Positions 1-10,890 of a DNA stretch of 64,000 nt are shown here, piece after piece. The notes under the pieces were generated by a model. The model was not told where the DNA came from and ran no database searches. It saw only the letters and a list, made by a program, of their open reading frames with translations. Origin of the DNA: the human T2T-CHM13v2.0 reference genome, Homo sapiens; the NCBI RefSeq assembly GCF_009914755.1, contig NC_060929.1. One strand, written 5' to 3'. Position 1 is the first letter of the stretch, and each line of letters begins with the position of its first letter. The translations under genes and the position numbers were made by a program.

Positions 1-201
1 ACATAACAGGAACACGGGTTACCAGGGCCCAGGGAAAGACAAGGAGAGAGGGAAAGAGGCAGGGAGGAAGGGAGGGGAGCCAGCAATGGCGCATTCGAGA
101 ACCTTGGAAGGGTGCCATGTTCAAGGCTTGGGCCTATCAGAAGAGCAGCACAGGAAGGAGGTGGCTGGAGGCACCAAATTGCTAAGCTGCAGATAACACT
201 G

Positions 202-704
202 CCGGGGCTATGGGCTGGTACATGGCCTGTTAGGAACATCTAACAGCAAGAGGTGAGTGGCAGGAGAGCAAGCGAAACTTCATCTGTATTTACAGCCACT
301 CTGCCTTGCTGGCATTATCACCTGAGCTCCACCTCCTGTCAGATCAGCAGTGGCGTGAGAGTCTCATAGGAACACAAACCCTACTGTGAACTGCACGTGT
401 GAGGAATCTGCACTGTGCTCCTCGTGAGAATCTAATGCCTGAAGATCTGTCACTGTCTCCCATCACCCCCAGATGGGACTATCTAGTTGCAGGAAAACAA
501 GCTCGGGGCTCCCACGGATTCTACATTATGGTGAGTTGTGTAATTATTTCATTATATATTATAATGCAATGATCATAATAGAAATAAAGGAAACAATACA
601 TGTAATGGGCTTGAATCATTGTGAAACTATCCCCTTGCCCCATCTATGGAAAAATTGTCTTCTGTGAAACGAGTGCCTTGTGCCAAAAAGGTTGGGGACC
701 ACTG
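202..704 (+). mobile_element. MER1A hAT-Charlie DNA transposon, slightly 5'-degraded
   Basis: Matches recalled MER1A consensus blocks (ggcctgttaggaac; ttcatctgtatttacagcc; gagaatctaatgcctga; ggaaaaattgtcttc). Ends in the terminal repeat aaaaaggttggggaccactg. Confidence 0.85.
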
Positions 705-1036
705 CTCTAGGGCACGTGGCTTTATCTTAGATGCAATAGAGCCCCTGAAAGTTGTGAGTGATAAAAAGCACCATCTAACTTGCCTTTTAGAGATAATTTT
801 CCAGTTGCTGGGCAGACAGTGGTTGAGAGAGGAGGCAGGGGATTCTTGGGAGGACTTCATTGTCACCCAGGAGTGGGAGTGGTCTGCTGGGACAAGGCAG
901 GGCAAGTAAGGATGGACAGGGACGGCTGGGGGCAGCAGGAGAAGGGATGCCACAGAGACAGGCCTGTGCAACATGTCCTGTGAGCTGCATGGAGGGCTCT
1001 GATGCCTGGTGAACATGTGTGTAAATGCATGAATCA

Positions 1037-1061
1037 AGGATGGATGGATGGATGGATGGAT
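1037..1061. repeat. (GGAT)n microsatellite
   Basis: About six GGAT units seen directly. Confidence 0.9.
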
Positions 1062-1139
1062 TCTATTGATGGATTAGTAGAAAAACATTGATTCTCAGTT
1101 ATCTGACAGTTTCACTCTTTAGAACAGGTTTACATAATA

Positions 1140-1666
1140 CATGAGGCAATTTTTATTAAGGCCACAAAATTGATGATCCTTTCCTGAATTGCAGGCTGTA
1201 AGTCCCCTCCTCTTGAATCTCTGATGGCTTGTGACTGCTCCAGTCCACCTGGTATGAGGGAAGTATATTATAGGATGCCGGAAACTCATCCAGAGAGGCA
1301 TGCAGTGTCCACCCTGTTCTTCTGGATGGTCATGCTGGAGCCCAGGATCTCAGGAGCCTTCCAGGTTGGAGAAGCCTGGCCATGTGGAATCCTCGTGGCT
1401 GACAGTCCAAGCTGAGCTCAGCTTTTTAGCACCAGGTGGCTTTGTTTTGCTAAGCTATTCTTGAAATGAGTGTGTTCCCAAACCTTGAGAACAGCCCCAG
1501 GCCTCATGTATTTCCACTTAGGATCCCAGATATTGTGAGTCAGAGACACACCGTCTTCTCTGTGCCTGTTTAAATTCTTGAAATCTGAATACATGAGCCG
1601 AATGAAATAGTCGTTTATGCCGCTAACTTTTGTGTGATTTGTTTTTCATTAATAGGAACTGGAACA
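1140..1666 (+). mobile_element. ERVL-MaLR 5' LTR (MLT1F/G/H-like)
   Basis: Motif cccctcctcttgaatct...gcttgtgactgc and MLT1-type end ...aataggaactggaaca, followed directly by MaLR internal start. Left boundary approximate. Confidence 0.6.
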
Positions 1667-3038
1667 GAATTTGGCCGCTGGAAGTGGGATGCCACCACAA
1701 TAAAAACCTAAAATACATGGCACTCATTTTAGGGTTGGAGAAAATTGGAGAGCCTTGAGGAGACCATCAGCAGAAGCTAGGCAGATTTCACAGGAGCTGC
1801 CAGGGAAAACGCAATGAAGAGAATAAAAAACGTTACCAGAGGAAAGAAGATTCCTGCTATATGTGGTAGAAATTTAGCAAAACTGTTGCCTGCAATAATG
1901 TAGAAAACACAGGCAATGAAATGATGGACTAGACTAAAGAGATTTTTTGGGCAGAATGTTGAAAGTGTCAACTGTTTTCTGTTAGCTGCACATCAAAAGG
2001 TAAGGATGAAGAGGGGTGAATTACCAGAGGGTTTATTCAGTTTTCAAGGAGAATTTAGAGAAAATATAAAGAAGCAAGACTTGTTAGCTCTGGGATTAAA
2101 CTATTTTACATATTCAGGCTCTCCAGAGAAATATTGAAGGCAGTGCTTCACAGATTCTTTCAAACTAAAAAAAATCTCCTAAGAGTCTCAAGACTGTGCC
2201 TCGAAGACCTTGCCTGCCAACAGTAGAACTTTTAGGACCTTAGGGGTGTTTCCAACCTTATCCTCAAAGGAGTTTGAGTTAGAGAAGGGCTTACCTTGGA
2301 GAGATTTTTGGGTGTGGCTTTTACTAATAGAACGAGTTATAAATGGATACAAAGGAAACCCATAATGCTTTTGAAGAATTTATATCACCTTGGACTGAAG
2401 CAGTATAGAAGCAACATGAAATGAAAAGAGTATTTTGGAGTGATAACATCTGACATCATGAGGTAGGTTGAGAAGGGTATTCAGTTATAAATTCAGGTCC
2501 TTTCTTATTTTAAAAAATAATAATAATAAAGTGAGGGGGGAGAGGGGGCTTAGGGTGTAAGCCAGAACCCAGATGGCTGAGCCAAGAGCCACAGAGAACA
2601 ACCCCAGCAAATGAGATGATGTCTTAATCAGGGATCAGAGAAAATGCACTTGGTCAGATTTCAGAATTGCTGTGGTCCAATGACTCACATGTGCTTTCTT
2701 CCCCCATCCCATGAATAGTGGTATCTTTAGATTTCAGAATTGCTGTGGTCTAATGGCTCACACGTGCCTTCTTCCCCCACCCCATGAATAGTGGTATCTT
2801 TAGATTTCAGAATTGCTGTGGTCCAATGGCTCACACATGCCTTCTTCCCCCATCCCATGAATACTGGTATCTTTAGTGGCCAACCTGTATTGTCCCATCA
2901 TTGGAGATTGGGAGAGGGGCAAAGATAATTTTCACTTGTGTTCCCAGGTCAGATTGAGAGAAGCTGTACCAAGGAACCATGCACAGAAGCCTCAGCCTTA
3001 CAAATTAAATGTAAGTAATGTGTGGCCAGAAAGCAGAC
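1667..3038 (+). mobile_element. MLT1-int (MaLR internal sequence)
   Basis: Starts gaatttgg...gaagtggga...aaaacctaaaa like MLT1-int. Ends in the PPT-like ggccagaaagcagac just before the TG of the 3' LTR. Confidence 0.6.
2656..2876. repeat. 3 x 73-bp tandem repeat inside MLT1-int
   Basis: agatttcagaattgctgtggtc...cccatgaatagtggtatcttt starts at 2656, 2729 and 2802. Confidence 0.95.
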
Positions 3039-3458
3039 TGTAATGTTCTTTTTAAGAAAGATGACCATGAATTTTTTCCACATGTCTCTTGTTGTGATAT
3101 AGAGTCTATGTCCCCTCTTCTTAAATCTAGGAGGGCGTGCATTTGTTTTCATTTACATGCAGCAAAAGGCATTCTTCTGATTTGTGAGGTTACTCTACAT
3201 GAAGTGATCCAGCTTTTCCCTCCCTGCTACATCCTGTCTGAACTCCTTACCTACAGAACCCGTGAGACCCCAAAATGGATATTTACTGGCACGCTCAATA
3301 TGAGATCCTGTGCCGTCATGCAAGGGGCTTTGTTATCCTAAGGCCCATGACATGAGCAAGTCCACAACAGCAGAGGTCACATTGCCCAGGTCTACATTCC
3401 TAGCCAAGACACATGACCAAAGTAGCCTCAGGTGACTCCATTCCCCACTGCACCCATT

Positions 3459-4438
3459 GGAATTCACCAGAAAAACAGAACCAGCAGGAGAAAGAGATGC
3501 AGATGTAGACAGAGATATAATAAGAGATTTATGTCGTGTAAGAAAAATGAATCTCGGGACCCCAGACTCACTAAGCCAAAGGGAAAGTCAAGCTGGGAAC
3601 TTGGTCATGCACACCTGCCTCCCATTTTGGTTCCTAAATGAGATGCCTACAAAGATGAAAAGCTCACACTGTGCCCACCAGGAAATCCCTTGTGAGTCTC
3701 AAGATCTTTACTCTACAGCGTTTCTGTTTAGGTGCACCATGGCAATGTAAATTGATAGCTTACTCCACAGGTGCGGGACCAAGGACAGAACTCAAAGTCA
3801 TCTCTCTGCTCACCTGAAATAAATGCACATCTGACTGTTTCCTCTGCCCGATTGTCTATCTTATCTTATGTAAAAATGCAGATTCACTGAGCCAGACAAA
3901 GGCAGGAGTGACTATTCCCCCCAACCCCACATGAAAATTGTGCATTTCTCAGTATCCCATCCTTTCCCTTTTAAATATTGGAGCCTTCAAAATAATCTTC
4001 TGAGAAAGGCATAGACCTGTCTCCTGGGCACATGTCCTTAACTTTGACAGATAAACCTCCTAAAATGATTGGAGACTTGCTGAGGTCATTTTCCTTGATT
4101 AACAATCTCAAGGATTGGCTTTTGCCATTGTGGGGGCGGGTAAGTCTGAAATCCATAAGACAGTTGAGCAGGCTGGAAACTGTCAGGAAGGAGCTCATAC
4201 TGAAGCCTTAAGGCAGAATTTCTTCCTCCTCAAGTAATCCTGTTTTGCTTTTACATCCTTTCGACTGATTGGATAAAGCTTACCTCATTATGCAGAATAA
4301 TTCCTTTACTTAAAGTCAACTGATTTTAGGTGTTAACCACATCTACAAAATATCTAACAGCAACTTCTAGATTAGGGTGCAGTTGAATAGCTGGGTACTG
4401 TAGCCCAGTCAAGTTGATATGCAAAATTGACCATCCCA
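3459..4438 (-). mobile_element. MLT2 (MLT2D-like) ERVL LTR, split by MER4A
   Basis: cagaaaaacagaaccagcagga...gagatttat at 3459-3536 continues after 4104 as ggattggct...gactgattgga...ctttacttaaagtcaactgat...agtcaagttgatatgcaaaattgaccatc. This is the reverse complement of the MLT2 5' end. Confidence 0.75.
3537..4104 (+). mobile_element. MER4A/MER4A1 solo LTR (ERV1)
   Basis: TG...CA termini; gggaccccagactcactaagccaaagggaaagtcaagctgggaac; gcagattcactgagccagac. Confidence 0.8.
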
Positions 4439-5303
4439 CCTAACTTTTGAGTCACCCCAGCCTTCCAGCCTTCACAGCTGAAGTTCCGGACTTTGCGGAG
4501 CAGAAACAAGCCCTCCCTACTGTAACCTACCTGAATGCCTTACCCACAAAACCTGTGAGCCCATAAAATGGTTGTTGATACTACCACATTTCAGGGTGTG
4601 TTGTTGTGAAACAGTAACTGATACAAGGCATGAAAAGATGGTCCCTTCAACACAGGGGTTGTGCTAAAACAATCCACCCCCAGAAAAGCCACCTCTGGAA
4701 AGCTCTCTATAGTGCAAGAGTGTGCCCCAAAAGCTGTGGCATTATCTGGACTGCTTCTACCAGGAAAGCTAATCCCATAGTAGCAGTGATGAACAGATGG
4801 TTGTCGTTTTCAGACACCAAAGAATCCTAACGTTCAGATAATGTGTAGAGACAGGCAGGAACCCATAGGCAGGTACAGATGGGAGTTCCTGAAATGGTGA
4901 CAGTTTCATGAGTTTGAGGCAGTGTTTGAAGAAGAGCATGGGGTCTCAGCTCTCTCTAAACTTTCTCTTGGCCAAAGTGATTGGGCTAAAATGAGAGAGG
5001 GGTAGGGGGCTATCTCCTACAGAGCCTCTCTGGGGTGCCGGGCCATGTACCAGACATTTACTACACTAGGACCAGGGATTTCGGTAACAGATCACATGTC
5101 AATTGAGTTCATAGTAGAGAAGGTGGGAAAGAGACAGAAAGTAGGGAGGCACGAGAGGGATGGGTGGAGGGAGAAAGGTGAGGAGAGTGGGAAGTAGGGT
5201 TATTAGTTAAGGAAGAGTCTCTGGAGAAACTGAGTTTGTTTGGGCAGTTTCAGGATGTAGAGTTCAGGGATGACATTCATAGCCATCTGGAGATGACTTA
5301 GGA

Positions 5304-5758
5304 GGGCTGAGTAATGACACACCCTGCCCCGTCATAAATATATTTACACCCTGATCCTTGGACCTGTGAATGCTACTTTATACAGCAAAAAAAAAAAACA
5401 AAACAAAAAACTTGGGGAGAATTTACTGAGGGAAATAAGTTAAGGATGTGGAGATGATGGGGTTTTCCTGGACTACCCTGGTGAGGCTTAAATGCATCAT
5501 CCTGTCCTTGTGATAGGCAGAGGTTGACTTGACACAGAAGGGGCCACAGGTAGACAGAGGCAGGGGTAGGAGCAAGGTAGCCTCAAGCCAAAGAAAGTCT
5601 GAAGCCCCCAGAAGCTGGAAGAGGCAGGAAGGGTCCTCCTTGGAGTCCCTAGAGGGAAGTGAGGATCTGCCCATGCCTTGATTATGAGAGAATGAATTTC
5701 CATTGTTTAAGACATAAATTTTTTCATAATTTATTACAACACTCACAAGAAATGAACA
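5304..5758 (+). mobile_element. MLT1B/C/D-type MaLR LTR
   Basis: ggacctgtgaatg...agttaaggat...ccagaagctggaagaggcaggaag...ccctagagggaagtg...ccttgatt. Confidence 0.7.
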
Positions 5759-5827
5759 AAATGACCCTCCCTCAAAAAACAGTGTGAAGACAAAGTGTCA
5801 TGAAAGCAGCCCCAGCCTGGTACATGG

Positions 5828-6222
5828 TGATGTGGTTTGGCTTGTGTCCCCACCCGAATCTCATCTGGAATTGTATTTGGCTCTGTGTCCCCACCCAAAT
5901 CTAATCTGGAATTGTAATCCTCATGTGTGAGGGGAGGGACCTGGTAGGTGACAGGATCATGGGAACAGTTTCCCCCATGCTGTTCTCCTGATAGTGAGGG
6001 AGTTCTCAGGCAACCTGGTTGTTTGATAAATGTCTGGCACTTCCCCCTTCTCTCTCTCTCTCTCTCTCTCTCCTGGCACCATGTAAGATGTGCCTTGCTT
6101 CCCCTTCACCTTCTGCCATGATTGTAAGCTTCCTGAGGTCTCTCCAGCCATGTGGAACTGTGAATCAATTAAACCTCTTTTCGTTATAGATTGCCCAGTC
6201 TCAGGTAGTTCTTTAGAGTGCA
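5828..6222 (+). mobile_element. THE1D/MSTA-type solo LTR with a ~40-bp tandem duplication of its 5' end and a (CT)n tract
   Basis: tgatgtggtttggc...tgtgtccccaccc(g/a)aatct present twice; gattgtaagcttcctgagg; ggaactgtgaatcaattaaacctctttt. Confidence 0.85.
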
Positions 6223-9200
6223 AAAATCCTTAGCTGTGGTGTCCTGGCTGAATTAGTCATCATGGGGGAAAAGAACAAGGAGAGACAACACTAGACAGAG
6301 TCTACAGTGTTACCCTGAAACACACGTGACACACAAGTCGGCACCAGATGAATGCACGATGACAGTGACAGAGACGAGAATGCCCAGGGTGAAAGGGAGG
6401 GATGCAAGGCAGCACCCCAGGGAGGCAGGGTGCATCTGGGGTTGGAGCTAGATCTCATTCTGTCTTTCCAGATCCTGGCCAGCCTCTGGCAGGACCAAGG
6501 CATGGGCCAGGCAGGGCCCACAAAGGCTTGTGTTCACCACCAACTCATTAAGAACCGCAGCACTGGAACAAGAGTGTTAAAGCCTCAGATGCAATTCCAT
6601 TTGGGAGCGCCTACTGCCCAGGATGACTCACGCTGTATCCTGAAACCAAGGCCCTCCCTCCAGCCTTTCCCCGGTGCTTTAGACAAATATTAGAAATGTG
6701 GAGGCCATCACTTCCTGTAAATAGATTTAATCTCTTAGGCTTTCATCATCCAAACAGAAGCTCACTTACTGCTGGTGCTAAATCAATATGAAATAGTAGG
6801 GAGTTCTTAAAAGCAAACCACCTAGGCCTCAGATGTAAATAGCTCCCTCTAAGGACATCTCTGGGTGCCTTCTTTTCCTTTGGTTTACTTCCTCCCTCTC
6901 CTCTGCCTTTTTTCTTTCCTTCTGTCTTTCTTAAGATCATTTGGAAGCTCTTCAGGCAAACAAAAGGAGATTGAGAAATAAACTCTCCCCTCAATCCAGG
7001 GTGGGCAGCTCCCCCCGTTCCTGTCTGGGATTTTGTGTGAACTTCAGAGGTCCCTGGTGTTTTGTTTTGTTCTTTGCTTCATTCCTTCGGTTTTAAGGTA
7101 ACCTTATGGAGTCCAGAGGCCTGATTTGCATGAACGTGAACAACACCGCTCTCTGTTATCCAAATAATTGGATCTGTCTTTCCTTTACTAAGACTGACTT
7201 AGTTGTGCCATTTGAGGACTGAAATATAAAATGGGAGTGCGTGCCATGAAATCCTGTTTGTAGGAAAGCAGTCACCCTAGGGGGAAGAAACCAGTGGGCT
7301 GCACGGTGGCTGGAACTGCAGGGAGAGGCTTCATCTCCAGCAAACACACGCGCGGCCAAGCGCCCGGGCCAGCACCCCTGGCTGTTTGCTAGCAGAATCA
7401 CGAGGAAGAGTAAGTTGAAAAACAAGAAAGAAAATGCTTCTTTGTACCCACAAGATGAAGTGCACGCAAAGTTGGGGAGGGGCACCATCGTTCAAGACTC
7501 TGGGCCACTGAGTCCAAACCTTCTCTGGCTGTGGAAAAGCAGCCCAGAGCCACAGGTGACCTTGCAACTCACACCCCTGCTGCCCTGTGGCACCACACGC
7601 TTGCCCAGGCCTGAGTCTGCTCACCCTCCCCTGCAGGCCAGAGGGAGCTACATGGCTGCCCTGGCCATGGAGGGTTCGACCTCGGCATCCCCGCACCAGA
7701 GTGCCCTGACCTCATCCCCCACAGTCTCCTTAGGCATCCTAGCCAGCTGTCTCCTGGGTGTCCAGGCAAGAGAGAAGTCGCTGATGTCAATCGCAAAAGC
7801 CTAAGAGGCCCCTGGCCCAGTGGAGGAGACCCTGCCTGTTGGGATCCAGGGTCGCCAGGCCTGAGAGGAGGACACACAGCCCAGGCCATCACGTGACCTG
7901 AATTTCCACGGTTGGGCAGGTGGCTGCGGAGCAGGGTTTGTTTTCACCAGATGATTTTTTTTTTTGCTTTGTTTTTATTTGCTTGCTTGTTTTGTGAGAA
8001 GAATTGCTTTTTTCTTACTCTATTTTTTGCATGTTTGCATGAGCTCTGGAAACCAAAAAAAAAAAAAAAACAAATAAACCATTTTGGGTTAACATGTTTC
8101 TTTTTATTTAGACGCTTCCTTAAGTTTCGGCAGTTATGTAAACTGCACTCACAGGCCCTCAGGCTCTGGAACCGCCCTTTTACCTTTCTCACCAGCACCC
8201 GCGGGGGACAGAACGGTGACTACCACTGCATGGGGGCAGAGAGAAATTGATATATGTGGGCCAAAATCTCAAGGAGGATCAGACAGGCCAGGCAGGGTCC
8301 CACAAACAGAGGAGTGAGTGGAGGATGTCCAGGAACCTGGGAGGCAAAGGCTCAGCCGGAGGGTTCAGGCCGCAGCCACGCCTTAACAGGCCTGCTGTTA
8401 GAGGGACTCAGCTCTGAAGAGCACCTGGCAGTAAACCACACCTTCTTTCCTCGGGAGCCACACATGGATGATTCCATTGCATTGATGAAGACCGGCCTTA
8501 AGAAGAAGAAGGAAAAGTGAAGTCACAAAGAGGCTGCTTGTCACCCCTCTTCCGTGTGTGACTCTTTTCCATGGCCACGCCAGGTGGCGGACATGGGGCG
8601 TTCGGGGAAGGCCCAGTGCAGCATGTGCGTGCGGCCAGCAGGTGTGCTGGGGCTTTGATAACCCAAAAACCCCAAAACAGAGCATGGAGGGAAAATGATC
8701 TGCAGATGTGTCACCGGGAAGAGTCAACCTCCTGCCAGTAAATTAGTCAAAGTTGCGTTTCCCCAGATCAGCCTTACCTACTGAAGTATAAATTATGGCG
8801 CTAGGCACGTCATCCAAATTTTCCAAAGTCTTCAAAGACAAGACACCCAGATTGCGGGATGTTCTTGGCAAAGTTGTGTTCTTCTCGAAAATTACTCACA
8901 AGGGAGCTGGAGAGCATTCCAAGGGCTTGTGCTTTCCCAGAGGAGCTGGTTACACAGCAGCTCGAGGGGCCACAGGGCTGCCCTGGGAGCAGATGCCAGT
9001 GGTTTGCTGCTGGGCACACCAGGGCCAGAGAAAGCAGCTGTTCCTCCCCTGCCCTGTGAGTCACGTTTCTCACCTGACACTAGAGGTGTCGTGGCCGTGA
9101 CTAGTCCCCGTCAGCGTGCTTCCTCCTAGGATCTTCGTGCTTGTCTCTTCTTGGGGAAGACTGGACTCTCAGGCACTCGTGGTACATTTGTCCTGACATC

Positions 9201-9833
9201 ACTGTGGCAAAGCAAAAAGATTCTGTTTTCATTAATTCCCACTTTAAATAGGAAGAAACCAAAACACAGAAAAGGCATGGGTCAAACCCTCAGGCCTCCC
9301 CAGATAGCTGGAATGAAGCTGTGCAAGTTCTCCTCATGCCAGAAAGCTGTGTTCTGCCAGGGACTAGGATTTTTCAGAGCAGTATCTCTGAATCTAAGAT
9401 GCTCCCATTCTCTCAAGGGATTCTCAGAAGGTCTCAAATTTCCAACACAAAATGCAACAGGAAGCCCAAAGAAAAATTTAAAGAAAATATACACATAAGT
9501 TTTTTTTTGCAATTCCATGGACGCTAGGTTTTCCATAGGTGGACTAAATTTTTGTCCTTACCTTAGAAACTACATTGACTGGTTTATTATAAAATAGTTA
9601 ACATATTCACAAGATAAAATGCAATAAGTAAAACAAACATGCTTTTCTTCACTTGGCTCTCACTGGGTCTCTTTGGACATGACCTTGTCCATCAGAGGGC
9701 AAGACCCAGCCTGAAAGTCTGCCCGAACCTGGAGAGCGATGAGGACACCAGCCACGGAGCCGGAGGCCTGTGCGTCGTCCGAGCACCGCTGACCTTCCTG
9801 ATATGCGAGTAAGATGCCACTTAGTGACCCTTC

Positions 9834-10232
9834 CTAGAGTGGGTGGAACAGGGCCTCCCGGAAAGGCATGTCCTGCTGGAAATTCAGTGTGTGACCTTGT
9901 TTGAAATCAGAGACTTTGCAAATGTAAATAAATTAAGAACTTCACGAGGAGGCTATTTTGGGTCGGGATGCGTCCTAAGTGTAATGGGAGTGTCCTTGAA
10001 AGACTCAGAACAGGAGAAAACATGGAGGCGCACGCCACGTGCTAATGGAGGCAGAGAGAGGGCTGTGTCTGGGTGACTGGCAACACAGAGCAAGGATGGA
10101 GCCTCCAGAAGGAACCGATCCTGCTGGAACTTTGATCTTGGACTTCTGGCCCCCAGCATGATGAGACAATAACTTTCTGTTGTTTTAAGCCAGTCCGTGT
10201 TAATGTGTACAGCGGCCCCAGGAACACATACA
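9834..10232 (+). mobile_element. MLT1B-like MaLR LTR
   Basis: gtgtgaccttgtttgaaat...ctttgcaaatgta; ttgatcttggacttctggccccca; tttctgttgttttaagcca; ends ggaacacataca. Confidence 0.75.
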
Positions 10233-10727
10233 TTTACTCATCCAGGAAAAGGGACAAGGTAGTCATGGAAGAAGGAGAAAGAGCATGAAGCCTGCTGCCC
10301 ACAGGAGGCTGATCTCCTGGTGCAGTGGCCCGGTAGCAGCCTCCATTACCATTGGTGTCCAGCTGCCCTGACGGTGCCGGCCCCCAAGGGCCAGGAGGGG
10401 CTGTCAGGACTCATCTCTCCATGTCAGAGGATGCCTGGACACAGAGGATGGACTTGTCTGGGACCCCGAGGGAGCAGGGAAGACCAAGGCAGGGGTGGGG
10501 GCGCTGCAGGCCCTCCACACACCGGCCCAGCCCGGCTGAACTGAGCAGCCCTTCCCACCCTCCAGTAGGGAATACTGGAAAATATGGGCAGAAGGAGCTT
10601 CTTGAGAAAGGCAGAGCAGAGACGGGGAGGGGGTGCCCAGGGAGTGAGGACTCTGAAGACACTGAGGGCGACTCTGAGAGGAAGAGGCACAGTGCTCACC
10701 CTTGAGGAGCTGGATGGCCCGGCTCTC

Positions 10728-10890
10728 CTTTGGGCTCTGCCTGGAGCCCCCGACCTCAGAGCTCCAGCTGGGGTGAGGAAGGTGGCCTGGGGGCGGGGTG
10801 GCACCTGCTTTGGGCTCTGCCTGGAGCCCGGGACCTCAGAACTCCAGCCACGGTGAGGAAGGTGGCCTGGGGGCGGGGCGGCACCTGCTT
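10728..10890. repeat. 2 x 80-bp tandem duplication
   Basis: ctttgggctctgcctggagccc...gtgaggaaggtggcctgggggcgggg..gcacctgc starts at 10728 and 10808. Confidence 0.95.

Larger units (their letters stand above)
3039..4625 (+). mobile_element. ERVL-MaLR 3' LTR (MLT1F/G/H-like), interrupted by MLT2 and MER4A
   Basis: 5' part has tcccctcttcttaaatctagg. 3' part (4440-4625) has gcagaaacaagccctccc...cccacaaaacctgtgagc...aaaatggttgttg...aactgataca. Confidence 0.6.
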
